A stretch of DNA of 64,000 nt, from contig NIVC01002488.1 of NCBI GenBank assembly GCA_002269645.1, forward strand, positions 1-64,000, in the 5' to 3' direction. This stretch comes from Macrostomum lignano. Its lineage: Eukaryota. Under the pieces are notes generated by a model, which was not told the origin of the DNA, searched no databases, and saw only the letters and a list, made by a program, of their open reading frames with translations. The translations under genes and the position numbers were made by a program. Position 1 is the first letter of the stretch. Each line of letters starts with the position of its first letter. Positions 9,925-22,405 of the stretch are shown here, in pieces.

Positions 9925-12900
9925 ATGCAGGATGTAAAAATCAATAGCTCCAATGATTCACAACAGCGCAATTTTCAATACTTGGCAGGAAAAGCCACAT
10001 GTCTGACGCAAAATAAAGAATTCAAGGATTATCTTATGAAATGGTAAGTTCTTCTGACGGAGATCGAGATCATACGAGATTATATTATAACTGTGTTTAA
10101 TGTTCTAAGCATCCGGTGCGTAGCCACGATTCGTGTCAGGAGGGGGACAGAGACATAAATTTATCTCCAATGAACCGATGCAAGCAAAATATAGGCCTAA
10201 AGGCAGTAAAAAAGTTTTCACCCTTCAGGGGACATGTCCCCAGTGTGCCCCCCCCCCTTGGCTACGCCCCTGCTAAGCATATAGGCTTCTTTTCTAAATT
10301 TCAGTAAGCCAAAATTCACTTTTTAGTCTAAACTTAAGTGTATAATTTGGTAGATTTGGATTGGTTTATGTCATCAAGTCCATGCAGTTAAACAATTAAG
10401 CCAAAATATTTATATTATGTTTTCTTATTTTTTGATATCGAAATAACTTGGATACATAAAGTATGAACTGTATCAAAGTTTTTTTACTACTACAGTATAT
10501 TAATAGCATATTAGTTCCTTTTATCTTATTTAGGATTCACTGACCTTTGTATATAAAATAAAAATATTAGGCCTATTTATTGATTTCTAGGCCTATAACT
10601 ATATGTCTATAATAAGCCCAAGAAGGCATTTAAAATTTATTCAAATATTTCTGATTGCATTTGTAAATCCTTAGTAAAGTCTATCTAAGAATGCCATATA
10701 AACTATAATGATTACTATTAATTCTCTTATAGTAATAAAGAAATAGAGTTCTTCTAAATTTTTAATGTTTAATTCCAATTGCACATTTAAAAAACTTCAG
10801 GTCCATGAAAGGCCGAATATTCTGCCAGTGCTTCTCCTTTGACTGCCAGTTCAAGGTCCATTCAGCCCAGGAGTTTATTGAGGACTTTTTTAAAGACAAT
10901 GTTATTGTGTCTAACCTGCAGACAGTGTCAGACAATACTGGAGAGCCTGTTGCACAATGTGAGTCAGCCATATTTTTGTCTATCTGTTTTAATTTTTCTA
11001 TCAAGCCAGGTATTTAATTTTAAACTATTTCTTTACACCAAAGATTTGTAAAGTAAAAAAGTATCGACTTTTTGGATTTTTTAGCATTTTCAAAAAAAAT
11101 TTCTAGAATTTTTTAAAGGATTTTAACATTTATAATTTAGTATACAGGTGTATATTTAGAAGCCTTTTATAATGTATTTGAGATTCTTATTTATTATTTT
11201 TAAGATTCTAGCTGTGATCTTTGCTCTAGTCTAGGATCTTTAAGATTCTAATATAGGATCCTAAATGAGACTCTAATCTGGGATCTTTGAGATTGTAATA
11301 TAGGATCTTCAAATTGAGATTCTAATGTGGGATCTTTGAGATTCTAATCTGGAATCTTTCACATTCTAATCTGGAATCTTTGAGATTCTAATCTGGAATC
11401 TTTGAGATTCTAATCTGGAATCTTTGAGATTCTAATCTGGAATCTTTGAGATTCTAATCTGAGGATCTTTGAGATTCTAATCTGGAATCTTTGGAATTCT
11501 AATCTGAGGATCTTTGAGATTCTAATCTGAGGATCTTTGAGATTCTAATCTGGGATCTTTGAGATTCTAATCTGAGGATCTTTGAGATTCTAATCTGGGA
11601 TCTTTGAGATTCTAATCTGGGATCTTTGAGATTCTAATCTGAGGATCTTTGAGATTCTAATCTGAGGATCTTTGAGATTCTAGACAGTCACAGAGCTTTC
11701 AAAAAACCAAAAAAAACCTTGGAAGGCGAAAAAGCGTCGAGCGTGTCCCTGGAGCCGGTGCCCTGCACGCACACCACCATGGACCTGTTTGGCCGACTCG
11801 CCGATGAAGTCATTCGCGACGACGGCCAAATCAAGCGATGTTTCGACGAATGGATCGACGAAGTGCAGATTTCGGACAACCTGCGACAGGTGGGTTCGCT
11901 TATTACTTATATGTTTTCGGTTTTCAAATTAAAAAAATATTTTCATTTTCAGTACACTTTACTACTCGCGTACTTGTCAGTAGTATTATTAGGACATGTG
12001 TATTCAGAGCAGAGCAGATCAATCATGCACAAATTCTATAGAGGTCTCAACGATTTTTTCTCCCTGAAGCCCGCGAAAATGAACCGTCATTAAGATTTAC
12101 CTGTTTAGCTGGCCCCTTAAACATGCCACCCTACCAAAAATGTACATCTGCCCGACTTTCTCATCCGGTTGACACTTGTTTTTTATTATTAAAGGCAGGG
12201 GGCTGTGCGACCTTGTCACACAACCGGCTTGCGGCTACGTACGCAGTCATACGCACAGGCACACACTCACACAGGAGTGTACAGGGACCCCAACTTTATT
12301 TACCGTTAGGCATGTACACTTCACTGTGCCTTGGGGGTTGGCCTTCAAGGCCGTTAATTTTACGAGCAGAGCCAAGCCGAGATTGACTCTCGTTGGGTGG
12401 CTGGGTGAAGAATTCCGCGAAGCACATTAATGTATTTTTAGACGCATTTCTATCGATCAAGTGTAGGGGGCCGTAGCCCAGCGGTAGCGCAGCTGCTCTG
12501 GTGTGCCAGCGACCCAGGCTCGATTCCAAGTGCAGTCACATTAATTTGGGGCTGAATTGGAATCTCGGCTTGGCTCTGCTCGTGCAATTAACGGCCTTGA
12601 GAGCCAACCCCCCAAGGCGCAGTGAAGTGTACATGCCTAACGATAAAATAAAGTTAGGGCCGCTGTACACTCCTGTGTGAGTGTGTGCCTGCGTACGTAT
12701 CCGCGCGCTTGTATGCCTGCTCAGGGGAGTCGGCGGAATGGGCAGCAATGCCTCTCGCCGGTTGTGTGCCAATGTCGCTTAAAGTGCGCCAGGGTGCACA
12801 CAACCCCCCTGCCTCTAATAAAAAAATCGATCATGTGTGCTAATGGTAAAACTTCGAAAAAACAGAAATATTTGCGGGCATATATCTCTAGTAAAATTTG

Positions 12901-13840
12901 CACAAGGTTTTGTAATTAAAGTGAACTTTAATCTAAAAAATGACAGCGGCTATTTAAAACAAACCTTGCAGATGCTCCTGAACGAGGACAGCGAAGCGTA
13001 TCTGCTGTACGACGAACCGGAGCGCAACGAGTTTCTCTTCCGTCTGTTGCTGCATTTTGCCATCGGTGGTCGGCTGTGCCAATTTGAAGATTCAATTCAT
13101 CCTTATCTGGATATTGTCAAGGCTCTGTACAAGGACCTGATTACGTGAGTTTTATTGACTATTTATATTTTGATAAAAATCATAAAACTGACAATGTTCT
13201 CTACGTTCTTTTAAAACGAATTCAGCGTTCAGAAAGACCCTGAAACACGGAAGCTGCAGGTTATTTCTCACGTCTACAAAGTGGTTGCTAAGGTAAGCGA
13301 ATGTCGCTGCTTCTCTGAAGAGTTTGCAAGTTTTCTCAATTGCCTATCTTAATTAGAAAGAGGGTTGATTTGGTGGATTTCTCAGAGACACCTAAGACAC
13401 TTAGGGGAAATCAAGCTTTAAGCAAGCTTTTTTTACCTTAAGCCAGGGTCAGATAGCGAACCCCAGCGCTAGACTGTGGGCCAGAGAAGGGGAAAGAAGG
13501 AGAATGAAGAAGAGAGGAGAGAAACGAGACACCGACCTCTAGCAGACCGGATTGCTATTGTGAAGTTTCAACACACCCTGACGTAACGCCTTCGACGAAA
13601 TGGTCTCACAACCAACGGCGCCAATACTGTACGCAGACACACTCTTTCTACGCTCGTAGTGGTCAGGATTCACACACCCAATACACTCCTGTCCCCACCC
13701 GGCAGGACGATAAAGGTCGGGCATTTTACCCCGACAGCGGTCAGCAGCAGCACCTCAACACTTTCGCCTACCTGATCATCGACCCGTTGAAACGCCTGGC
13801 ATTTGTGCTGCACCATCGGTTTGGCAACGGCCAATTTTAA
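9925..13840 (+). CDS. CFAP300: Cilia- and flagella-associated protein 300 (C11orf70 orthologue, dynein-arm assembly factor); exons 9925-10043, 10801-10958, 11726(or 11684)-11889, 12972-13144, 13226-13292, 13706-13840; about 271 aa
   Basis: The spliced translation contains LMKWSMKGRIFCQCFSFD, FFKDNVIVSNL, VPCTHTTMDLFGRL, ISDNLRQMLLNEDSE, EFLFRLLLHFAIGGRLCQFED, LYKDLITVQKDP and TFAYLIIDPLKR, all recognisable CFAP300 blocks. All introns are GT-AG and phase-consistent. AATAAA at 14031. Confidence 0.93.
10113..10272. mobile_element. 160-bp hAT-type MITE in CFAP300 intron 1
   Basis: Imperfect TIR ccggtgcgtagcca / tggctacgcccctg and an exact 8-bp TSD ctaagcat (10105-10112, 10273-10280). Confidence 0.85.
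11270..11682. repeat. 22-23-bp minisatellite (gatctttgagattctaatctg[g/ag])n at the 3' end of CFAP300 intron 2
   Basis: Read directly. Confidence 0.93.
12179..12384 (-). mobile_element. 5'-truncated SINE family 1 copy (antisense) in CFAP300 intron 3
   Basis: The reverse complement matches the body and tail of 12466-12826; the tRNA head is missing and an internal segment is deleted. Confidence 0.8.
12466..12826 (+). mobile_element. Full-length tRNA-derived SINE (family 1) in CFAP300 intron 3
   Basis: A-box-like tagcccagcggtag, B-box ggctcgattcc (12517-12527), tail taataaaaaaa, and an imperfect TSD tcgatca(a/t)gtgt on both sides. Confidence 0.85.
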
Positions 13841-14159
13841 GCAGTTGACAACAGCTGACTGACTGACTGACTGACTTTTTAGTTGTTAATTTTGATGCAG
13901 GCGTCGTGATTTTCTTAGAAACCACTTAATAACAAATGACTTGCAGCACTTGCGTAGTTTAAAAAATTAAAATTTTCTGACTGTTTGATGCTAGCAAAAA
14001 TTGTGCCTTATAGTTAGCCATTTGAAAGCGAATAAAGTCTAATTTGTTTTGAATTTTTATATACTCGTAATAAAATTAACACTATTAATAATATAATAAA
14101 TAACTTAATTGAAATGAATCCTTTGACTTGAAGATTTGTTGTCATTCCTTAACAAATAC

Positions 14160-15460
14160 AAAGTTGTGGCGCCTCCAATCTGTAAGTTGTGGCGCCTCCA
14201 ATCTGTAAGTTGTGGCGCCTCCAATCTGTAAGTTGTGGTGCCTCCAATCTGTAAGTTGTGGCGCCTCCAATCTGTAAGTTGTGGTGCATCCAATCTGTAA
14301 GTTGTGGCGCCTCCAATCTGTAAGTTGTGGCGCCTCCAATCTGTAAGTTGTGGCGCCTCCAATCTGTAAGTTGTGGCGCCTCCAATCTGTAAGTTGTGGT
14401 GCATCCAATCTGTAAGTTGTGGTGCATCCAATCTGTAAGTTGTGGTGCATTCAACCTGTAAGTTGTGGCGCCTCCAATCTGTAAGTTGTGGTGCATCCAA
14501 TCTGTAAGTTGTGGTGCATCCAATCTGTAAGTTGTGGTGCATTCAACCTGTAAGTTGTGGCGCCTCCAATCTGTAAGTTGTGGCGCCTCCAATCTGTAAG
14601 TTGTGGCGCCTCCAATCTGTAAGTTGTGGTGCATCCAATCTGTAAGTTGTGGTGCCTCCAATCTGTAAGTTGTGGCGCCTCCAATGTGTAAGTTGTGGCG
14701 CCCCTAATCTGTAAGTTGTGGCGCCTCCAATGTGTAAGTTGTGGCGCCCCCAATCTGTAAGTTGTGGTGCATCCAATGTGTAAGTTGTGGCGCCCCCAAT
14801 CTGTAAGTCGTGTTGCATTCAACCTGTAAGTTGTGGTGCATCCAATCTGTAAGTTGTGGCGCCTCCAATGTGTAAGTTGTGGCGCCCCCAATCTGTAAGT
14901 CGTGTTGCATTCAACCTGTAAGTTGTGGCGCCTCCAATCTGTAAGTTGTGGTGCATCCAATCTGTAAGTTGTGGCGCCTCCAATGTGTAAGTTGTGGTGC
15001 CTCCAATCTGTAAGTTGTGGCGCCTCCAATCTGTAAGTTGTGGTGCATCCAATCTGTAAGTTGTGGCGCCTCCAATCTGTAAGTCGTGTTGCATTCAACC
15101 TGTAAGTTGTGGTGCATCCAATCTGTAAGTTGTGGCGCCTCCAATCTGTAAGTTATGGCGCCTTCAATCTGTAAGTTGTGGTGCATCCAATCTGTAAGTT
15201 GTGGTGCATCCAATCTGTAAGTCGTGTTGCATTCAACCTGTAAGTTGTGGTGCATCCAATCTGTAAGTTGTGGTGGTGCCTCCAATGTGTAAGTTGTGGT
15301 GCCTCCAATCTGTAAGTTGTGGCGCCCCCAATCTGTAAGTTGTGGTGCATCCAATCTGTAAGTTGTGGTGCCTTCAACCTGTAAGTTGTGGCGCCCCCAA
15401 TCTGGAAGTTGTGGCGCCCCCAATCTGGAAGTTGTGGCGCCTCTAATCCTGAAGTTGTGT
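14160..15460. repeat. 23-bp minisatellite (aagttgtggcgcctccaatctgt)n, about 56 units, between the convergent CFAP300 and tetraspanin-like genes
   Basis: Read directly; variant units (ggtgcatcc, gtcgtgttgcattcaacc) are interspersed. Confidence 0.97.
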
Positions 15461-15748
15461 TGATCTTCAATCGATTTCCGAGTGCCGATTGATCAATAAC
15501 TATTACTCCATCTAAATGTGCCTACTAATGAGTACCTAATCGAAGCATTTCCAGTACTTTACATTCCATATTTCTGCTCAATAGTATTCTCATAGAAAAA
15601 GTCAAATCGTTGCCTCCAAAGTACATCATGCATTCAATTTAAATTATGTCATCAGAAACGCCTTAATAGTACAAACTTAAAAACGTAGAGTTTCTTTAAT
15701 CAACAATTTCTCAAGCTAGTAAAAACAAATTGGTTTAATTATCGAGAG

Positions 15749-18140
15749 TCAAACTCGTCCAGCCATATAATTGAGCTTCACTTCGGTGCTCCCGCTGGGC
15801 GTCGTTGCGTTTGGATTGATCAGCACCAGCTCCGAGTCCATCGTCTGCGATCCGTTGTTGTTGATCTTTGCCGATGCTGACGGCCTTTTCAAGACCGGCT
15901 TCTTTTGTGCAGCTTCGGTAGCTGCCGTCTTTGCTAGCAGATGCTGGTCAACATCTTCGATTCCGCAGTTGGTGCCCAGGCGTTTCTCTGCTCGTTTCCG
16001 ACGTACGTCGTAAATGCAGACGGCCAGGGCGATGAGTAGGTGTGCCGAAGCGAACAGGTAGAGCAGCGAGTAGGTCGCGGTTTGATAGAGTTGCTTCTTG
16101 GATTCGATACCGCGGAGAACTTCAGCAATGCATTCGGCGATTTTCTGTCGATTGTAACGCTCTGAGGGCTGGTGTTGGGGCCATTTTATCCTGTGAGGCC
16201 ATCATATTCAATGTGAGGGAATTCTATTCAATGTGAGGGCATTCTATCCAATGTGAGGCCATTCTATCCAATGGGAGGCCATTCTATCCAATGGGAGGCC
16301 ATTCTATCCAATGGGAGGCCATTCTATCCAATGGGAGGCCATTCTATCCAATGTGAGGCCACTATTTCCAATGTGAGGCCATTCTATCCAATGTGAGGCC
16401 ATTCTATCCAATGTGAGGCCACTATTTCCAATGCGAGGTCATTATGTTAACTCTCTGTAAAAGGCAGCCATAACGCACCTTGGTGCCACTACCAGAGGAG
16501 TTACACCTGGCGAGGCTACCCCTGTCAAAGCGTTGACAACTCTCTGCAGCATTGCGGAACGGCTGGAAACAGCCCGCCGCGTCGCTCCGACTCTCCACCT
16601 CGTCGCCGCTGTAGCTACCGCCGACGACAGGTCGGCAGCCGCTTCTGGCCTCCAACGACACGGTCAAGTGCTCAGTGAGGTGATCATCGATTCTAATGTA
16701 TCGATCGAACGCTACCATGTAGCTGGCTAGGATGGCCTCTCCGCACAGGCCGACCAGCAGGAACACGCTCAGAGCTTTGGGGCTCTGGCAGCAGCAGGAG
16801 CAGAAGATGCTGAGCCAAATTAGCGACACTACGAAAAACGGCACCATGGTTTTCAGGCAGGGGTCGCGATCGAGAAATGCTGAGCAGCCGCCGAGATGCT
16901 TGAGGCAGTAGGCAAAGGTGATTCCGCTTGAGCAGGTCTGGGCGAGGGTCAGGGTGACCAAGAAGGCGATGAGACCGGCCAGTCGGTGCCAGTGCCTTCT
17001 GTAGCGCGCGATCTGCGGTCGGCCGGCAACTTCTGGCGGTAGTTTTAGGATCCGATCGACGCAGTAGCAGCAGAGGGCGGACCAGCGGCTGGAAATTAAG
17101 CGTATATAGTGCCATTTATGGGTGTAAAGTGCCATTTTGGGTGCAAAGTGCCATTTTTGAGAGCAAAGGTCCAATTTTGGGTGCAAAGGTCCAATTTTGG
17201 GTGTAAATTGCCATTTTGAGTGTGAATTGCCATTTAAGAATATTTAGTTTTATTTTGGAAGACGAAATTGCATTAAATTGGTCAGATGTACTTTTGTAAA
17301 GCCGGCGAGAAGACTTTAGTATTGAAATCAGCCTGTCACGCCAGCTGTTTCATTTAAACTGAAATTTTAACATTAGCTATTGCACGAAACACACGCAGTG
17401 AGGGGGGTGAGTGTAAAAAAAAGTAATGGGGCTCAGATGTGACAGTAGACAGCTTTTAAAGATTCGCTAAATTTACAAGGACTTTTAAATTTCAGCATTT
17501 CCTAAATCGATTCAACTTAAATTTCTTCAATGAGAGGTTAACTGGTGCTCTGTGTCTGTTTCTTGATTTTGTGATGGTCAACTGGCGGCCTAGATCTCAG
17601 ATTACCTAGGGTGGTGTCAACTGACCTTTCCTAGAAACCTAGGAATCTAGAAACCTCGCAGATGCTTACGAGCGTAGGATGGGGTCAACTGACCTCTACT
17701 CAAATATGCTTGTGTTGGGATCAAGTGACCTCTCCTCGCAGATTCTTAGGATGGGGTCAAGTGACCTCTCCTCCCAGATTCTTATGATGGGGGTCAACTG
17801 ACCTCTGCTCGAAGATGTCTAGGATGGGGGTCAAGTGCCCCTCGCAGATTCTTATGGTTTGACCCCTCCTCTCAGATGCTTATGCTGGGAGTCAATTGAC
17901 CCCTCCTACCAGTAGATGCTTACGGTGGGGGTCAATTGACTCCCGTTCGCAGATACCCTGTGGGTCAGCAGTCCTAGCTAGTCCTTAGCCATTGCAATCA
18001 TTCCTGACTCACCGACAGATGACAGCTCGAAAGCTCAGCCGACTCGGCTGCAGCATCTGTTCTCCATCATCGCTGTGACCTTGCTGCTCTGTATTCTCTT
18101 CAGCTGAATCTTCAGTCGAGCACGTTACGCGACAATTCAT
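15749..18140 (-). CDS. Four-pass membrane protein with tetraspanin-like topology, 383 aa; exons 18140-18013, 17088-16507, 16190-15749
   Basis: Phase-2 junctions CG|gtgagt, aatttccag|C, AG|gtgtaa and cctcacag|G give one open frame. It has three N-terminal hydrophobic helices, a Cys cluster after TM2 (CSCCC), a large loop with 4 Cys, a fourth TM (YSLLYLFASAHLLIALAVCIY) and a basic cytoplasmic tail. No CCG motif. Confidence 0.72.
16192..16445. repeat. 20-bp minisatellite (ggccattctatccaatgtga)n filling most of intron 2 of the tetraspanin-like gene
   Basis: Read directly, about 12 units. Confidence 0.93.
17105..17950. repeat. Two degenerate intronic arrays: ~20-bp gtgccattttgggtgcaaa (17105-17235) and ~40-bp gattcttaggatggggtcaagtgacctct (17600-17950)
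   Basis: Read directly; units are imperfect. Confidence 0.7.
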
Positions 18141-18727
18141 GCTAACCTGGCTTGAGGGTTAGACATGTGACTCTTTTTACAGGTGAGTTGATAAGAAAGC
18201 AAGAGCATTTGAAAACAGGCGGAATAATTTCGTTTTAAAAGCAGTATTTACATCATATATACTAAAAATGAAATGTCTGTAACTATCTAGCTATGCGATA
18301 GATTTCAGAAAAAGTGGCTCAACCGATTTTCTTCAAACTTGCACCATTTGATCAGAAATTTTCCTGGGACGGTACATGCATCTTGGCTAAGAAATTGCTC
18401 AATTTTAAAGGGATTAAATATTCGAAAAACATGCTTTTTTGCAAAGGTCAAGCAGCTCTTTCGACCTGAAATGAATTGTAAAAATGCGAAAGAAAAAACT
18501 GACTGACTGAATTTCAATTGTGATAAAGATTGCATCACAACAAGATGAAAACAGTGTCGAAAAAATGCACACAAGACTTGATTGTAATTGCGTAACCATA
18601 TTGCTAACTTGAATTGAGACTGATACTGGCTGACTGAGAAATTGATTATGTCATAACTTTTTACTCTAACTGACTTGCTATAAGAATTGAATTATAAGGG
18701 CCACAATACATGTTCTCCAATTGAAAA

Positions 18728-18808
18728 GAGATAGCCAAGATGGGAACAGACTGGACTGCTAATGTAGCGACCTGGGTTCGAATCTTAGTAGTGCAAAAAC
18801 ATTTTTTT
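18728..18808 (+). ncRNA. tRNA-like Pol III cassette inside Helitron A (not a canonical tRNA)
   Basis: A-box-like tagccaagatgg, loop ctGCTaa, T-arm ctggg-ttcgaat-cttag, then a T7 run. The acceptor stem does not pair. Confidence 0.55.
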
Positions 18809-18839
18809 ATTAAAACACTTTAAAACACAAAATGCTAAA

Positions 18840-20309
18840 CATAAAAGAAGCGCAATGTCAAATATAAAAGAGCCACCATGCCAAACAAAAAAAAAGTGCC
18901 ACCATGTAGAACACAGAAGAGACACCATGTCAAACATAAAAGAGCCACCATTTCAAACATAAAAGAGCCACCATGTGAAACATATACGTGACTCAATGTC
19001 AAACATTAAAGAGCCACCATGTCAAACATTAAAGAGCCACCATGTCGAACATAACAGAGACAACATTTCAAACATAAAAGAGCCATCATGTCAAACATAA
19101 AAGAGCCACCATGTCGAACATTAAAGAGCCACTATGTCAAACATAACAGAGACAACATTTCAAACATAAAAGAGCCATCATGTCAAACATTAAAGAGCCA
19201 CCATGTCGAACATTAAAGAGCCACCATGTTGAACATTGAAGAGCCACCATGTCAAACATTAAAGAGCCACCAAGTAAAATATAAAAGAGCTACCATGTCA
19301 AACATAAAAGAGCCACCATGTCGAACATAACAGAGACAACATTTCAAACATTTAAGAGCCACCATGTCAAACATAAAAGAGCCACCATGTCGAGCATAAA
19401 AGAGCCACCATGTCAAACATAAAAGAGCCACCATGTCAAACATTAAAGAGCCACCATGTCAAACATTCAAGAGAAACCATGTCGAACATAACAGAGACAA
19501 CATTTCAAACATTTAAGAGCCACCATGTCAAACATAAAAGAGCCACCATGTCGAGCATAAAATAGCCACCATGTTGAACATTAAAGAGCCACCATGTCAA
19601 ACATTAAAGAGCCACCATGTCGAGCATAAAAGAGCCACCATGTCGAACATAAAAGAGCCACCATGTCAAACATTAAAGAGCCACCATGTCAAACATTCAA
19701 GAGACACCATGTCGAACATAACAGAGACAACATTTCAAACATTTAAGAGCCACCATGTCAAACATAAAAGATCTACCATGTCAAACATAAAAGAGCCATC
19801 ATGTCAAACATAAAAGAGCCACCATGTCGAACATTAAAGAGCCACCATGTTCAACATTAAGGAGCCACCATGTCAAACATAAAAGAGCCACCATGTCAAA
19901 CATTAAAGAGCCACCATGTCAAACATTAAAGAGCCACCATGTCAAACATTCAAGATCAGCCATGTCGAACATAAAAGAGCCACCATGTAAAATATAAAAG
20001 AGCTACCATGTCAAACATAAAAGAGCCATCATGTCAAACATAAAAGAGCCATCATGTGAAACATATACGTGACTCAATGTCAAACATTAAAGAGCCACCA
20101 TGTCAAACATATACGTGACTCCATGTCAAACATTAAAGAGCCACCATGTCAAACATATATGACTCCATGTCAAACATATATGACTCCATGTCAAACATAT
20201 ATGACTCCATGTCAAACATTAAAAATAAAAAAGACACCATGTCACACATAAGGGAGCCACCATATCAAACATAAAAGAGCTACCATGTCAAAACATTATT
20301 GAGCCATTA
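18840..20309. repeat. 22-bp minisatellite (aaagagccaccatgtcaaacat)n, cargo of Helitron A; resumes at 24110-24440
   Basis: Read directly; the same unit occurs on both sides of the 20310-24109 insertion. Confidence 0.95.
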
Positions 20310-21323
20310 TCTCTACCTATAAAAATCAAAACTCTGTCTGTCTGTGGACAAATTACTTCGCTATGGACTCCCAAACCGCTCAACCAAATTACACCAAACT
20401 TTACACCCACCCTAAACTTACTACGGAGAATGTCTTAGGCTACCTTTTAATTTCCTAAATTTGAGTCTTCCTACCTAAAAGTACAAAAAACTGCTCAAAA
20501 TGCGCGATTTTTTCACTTAATCCTCCATAGCGCCGCTCCACTTCTACCGATTCTCTTCAAATTTGACACAGATAATCTTTAACTATTTTGGCACAATTGT
20601 GTAAAATTTCGAGTCTCAAAGTTAATCCTGAGCGGTGCTGTGCACTTTTTAAGTTAGGCTGTTTTTTTCAGCGTAGCAACCACCCCAACCTCCGCCCGCC
20701 TGCCTCTCTTTCCCGATCCTGATCTGGGCCCAGATGTGTATAAGGGTTTCAAAATTGACTAACTTTCAGCTGCCATAAGTTTGCTCCACGTAAAGCGATT
20801 GACTTCAAACTTGACACAATTCTTCATTGACTCATTCTCTATCTAAATGTAAAGTTTCAACTCTGTAACTCAACCGAAAAAGAAACTGTAAGCATGTGAA
20901 GTTTGTCTGCTTTTTCTGTTGTTTGTGCCACTCACTCACTCATTCCCCCAGAGCCAGACGAAGGGTCAGGCGATAGGACTGAATGTACATAGCAAATGTA
21001 CAGTGTTTTGGAATAACTTTTTAATAGCCGTCTCTGTACCCCCGCGAGTGGAGAGGCGTGGAGAGGAGAAAGTTTAGCGAGAGATTCAAACTACTGTCCT
21101 CTGTATAGACAAGTCGCAGCAGTTAAACAAGGATGGCAAATCAAGGCGATGTGGGATGGTTTATAAAAATAGCGAAAAATTAATGAATAACTTATTACAA
21201 TGCAATCCTACTAAATTAGTTACACCATGAAGCTTTTAACATTAATTTTCGCATAGAGTAACTTTAAAATTTAAATGACTCCTAAGAAATGCGCATTTCC
21301 TTGGTTGTTAGACTGCTGCAGAG

Positions 21324-22263
21324 TAGGGATTCCAAAATCCCGACATTTTACAATCCCGGGATTGAATAGTCCCGAAATCCCGATGCTGTTGAAATCCCGG
21401 GATTCAAAATCCCGGAATCCCGGTGCTTTTGCAATCCCGGGATTAAAAATCCCGGGATTCGATTCCCAAAAAAATCCCGGGATTCAAATCCCGGATTTTT
21501 GGCCCCAATCCCGGGATCCCGGGATCCCGGGATTGGAATCCCTAAATTGCTAGACGGACTGTGCGGCGTGCCGCGTGCAGTAGTCATGGTCTCGCGACTC
21601 TCAGAGTCTCAGGGCCTTTTCATATTACCAATTCCAGAACCAGAATCGGTTCGGAATTCGAAGAAAAACAGCAGTATAACTATTAAACTCTGTTAATATT
21701 TGACTGCCTTAACAGCCTCACTTTGCACGATTTTTCACTTTCTTCTTGGCGACTGTCATTCAATAATAAAAACTTTATAGCACGTATCTCCCTCTAGTTA
21801 TGGAGACAAAAAGTTTATACTTCACAAATTGGTTCTTGTTCTGGAACCAGAGAAAGCAATATGAAAAGGCCCTCAGTCTCGTCTCGTGGTAGAAAGCGAA
21901 AAAAAGTTAAAATTATCTATCATTTACAGTTCACATTAACAATTTTTAGCTCAATTAGGACAGGAGCTTTGCAAATGTTTAACGTTTCATTGAGAAACAG
22001 CAAAAACAAATAAATGTTTTATTATTCAAATAAACGTTTAGACTTTAAATTATTTAATTTAGGCATTGAAAGGTCGTTCTAATCCCGGACCAATCCCGGG
22101 ATTAAGGCCTTGAAATCCCGGGATCCCGATCCCGGTCTTTTGCAATCCCGGGATTAAAAATCCCGGGATTCGATTCCCAAAAAAATCCCGGGATTCAAAT
22201 CCCGGATTTTTGGCCCCAATCCCGGGATCCCGGGATCCCGGGATCCCGGGATTGGAATCCCTA
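21324..22263. mobile_element. hAT-type non-autonomous element rich in ATCCCGGGAT palindromes
   Basis: TIR tagggattcca / tggaatcccta and an exact 8-bp TSD ctgcagag (21316-21323, 22264-22271). The right end is duplicated internally at ~21418-21544. Confidence 0.88.
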
Positions 22264-22405
22264 CTGCAGAGTGCAGACTGTGGTGGTGGAGCTGGAGATA
22301 CACAAATTCCTCTCAGGGCTGCTAATTGGCCAGAAAGGTGACGTGTTTAAAGCATAAGAAATGATAACCATGATAGTACGACGTCCCACAAACTGGCTTT
22401 CAAAG

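Noticed and set aside
13440-13705. Possible LINE 3'-end fragment antisense in CFAP300 intron 5
   Set aside because: Only a short ORF and a pyrimidine tract; no diagnostic motif, tail or TSD.
14105-15470. Stacked minus-strand ORFs, and CRISPR-like 23-bp periodicity here and at 32.8-34.8 kb
   Set aside because: These are contiguous tandem units with no unique spacers and no cas genes, in a eukaryotic context.
18170-18188. tttttacag|gtgagt, a recursive-splice-like motif on the plus strand
   Set aside because: No plus-strand gene can be shown to span this point.
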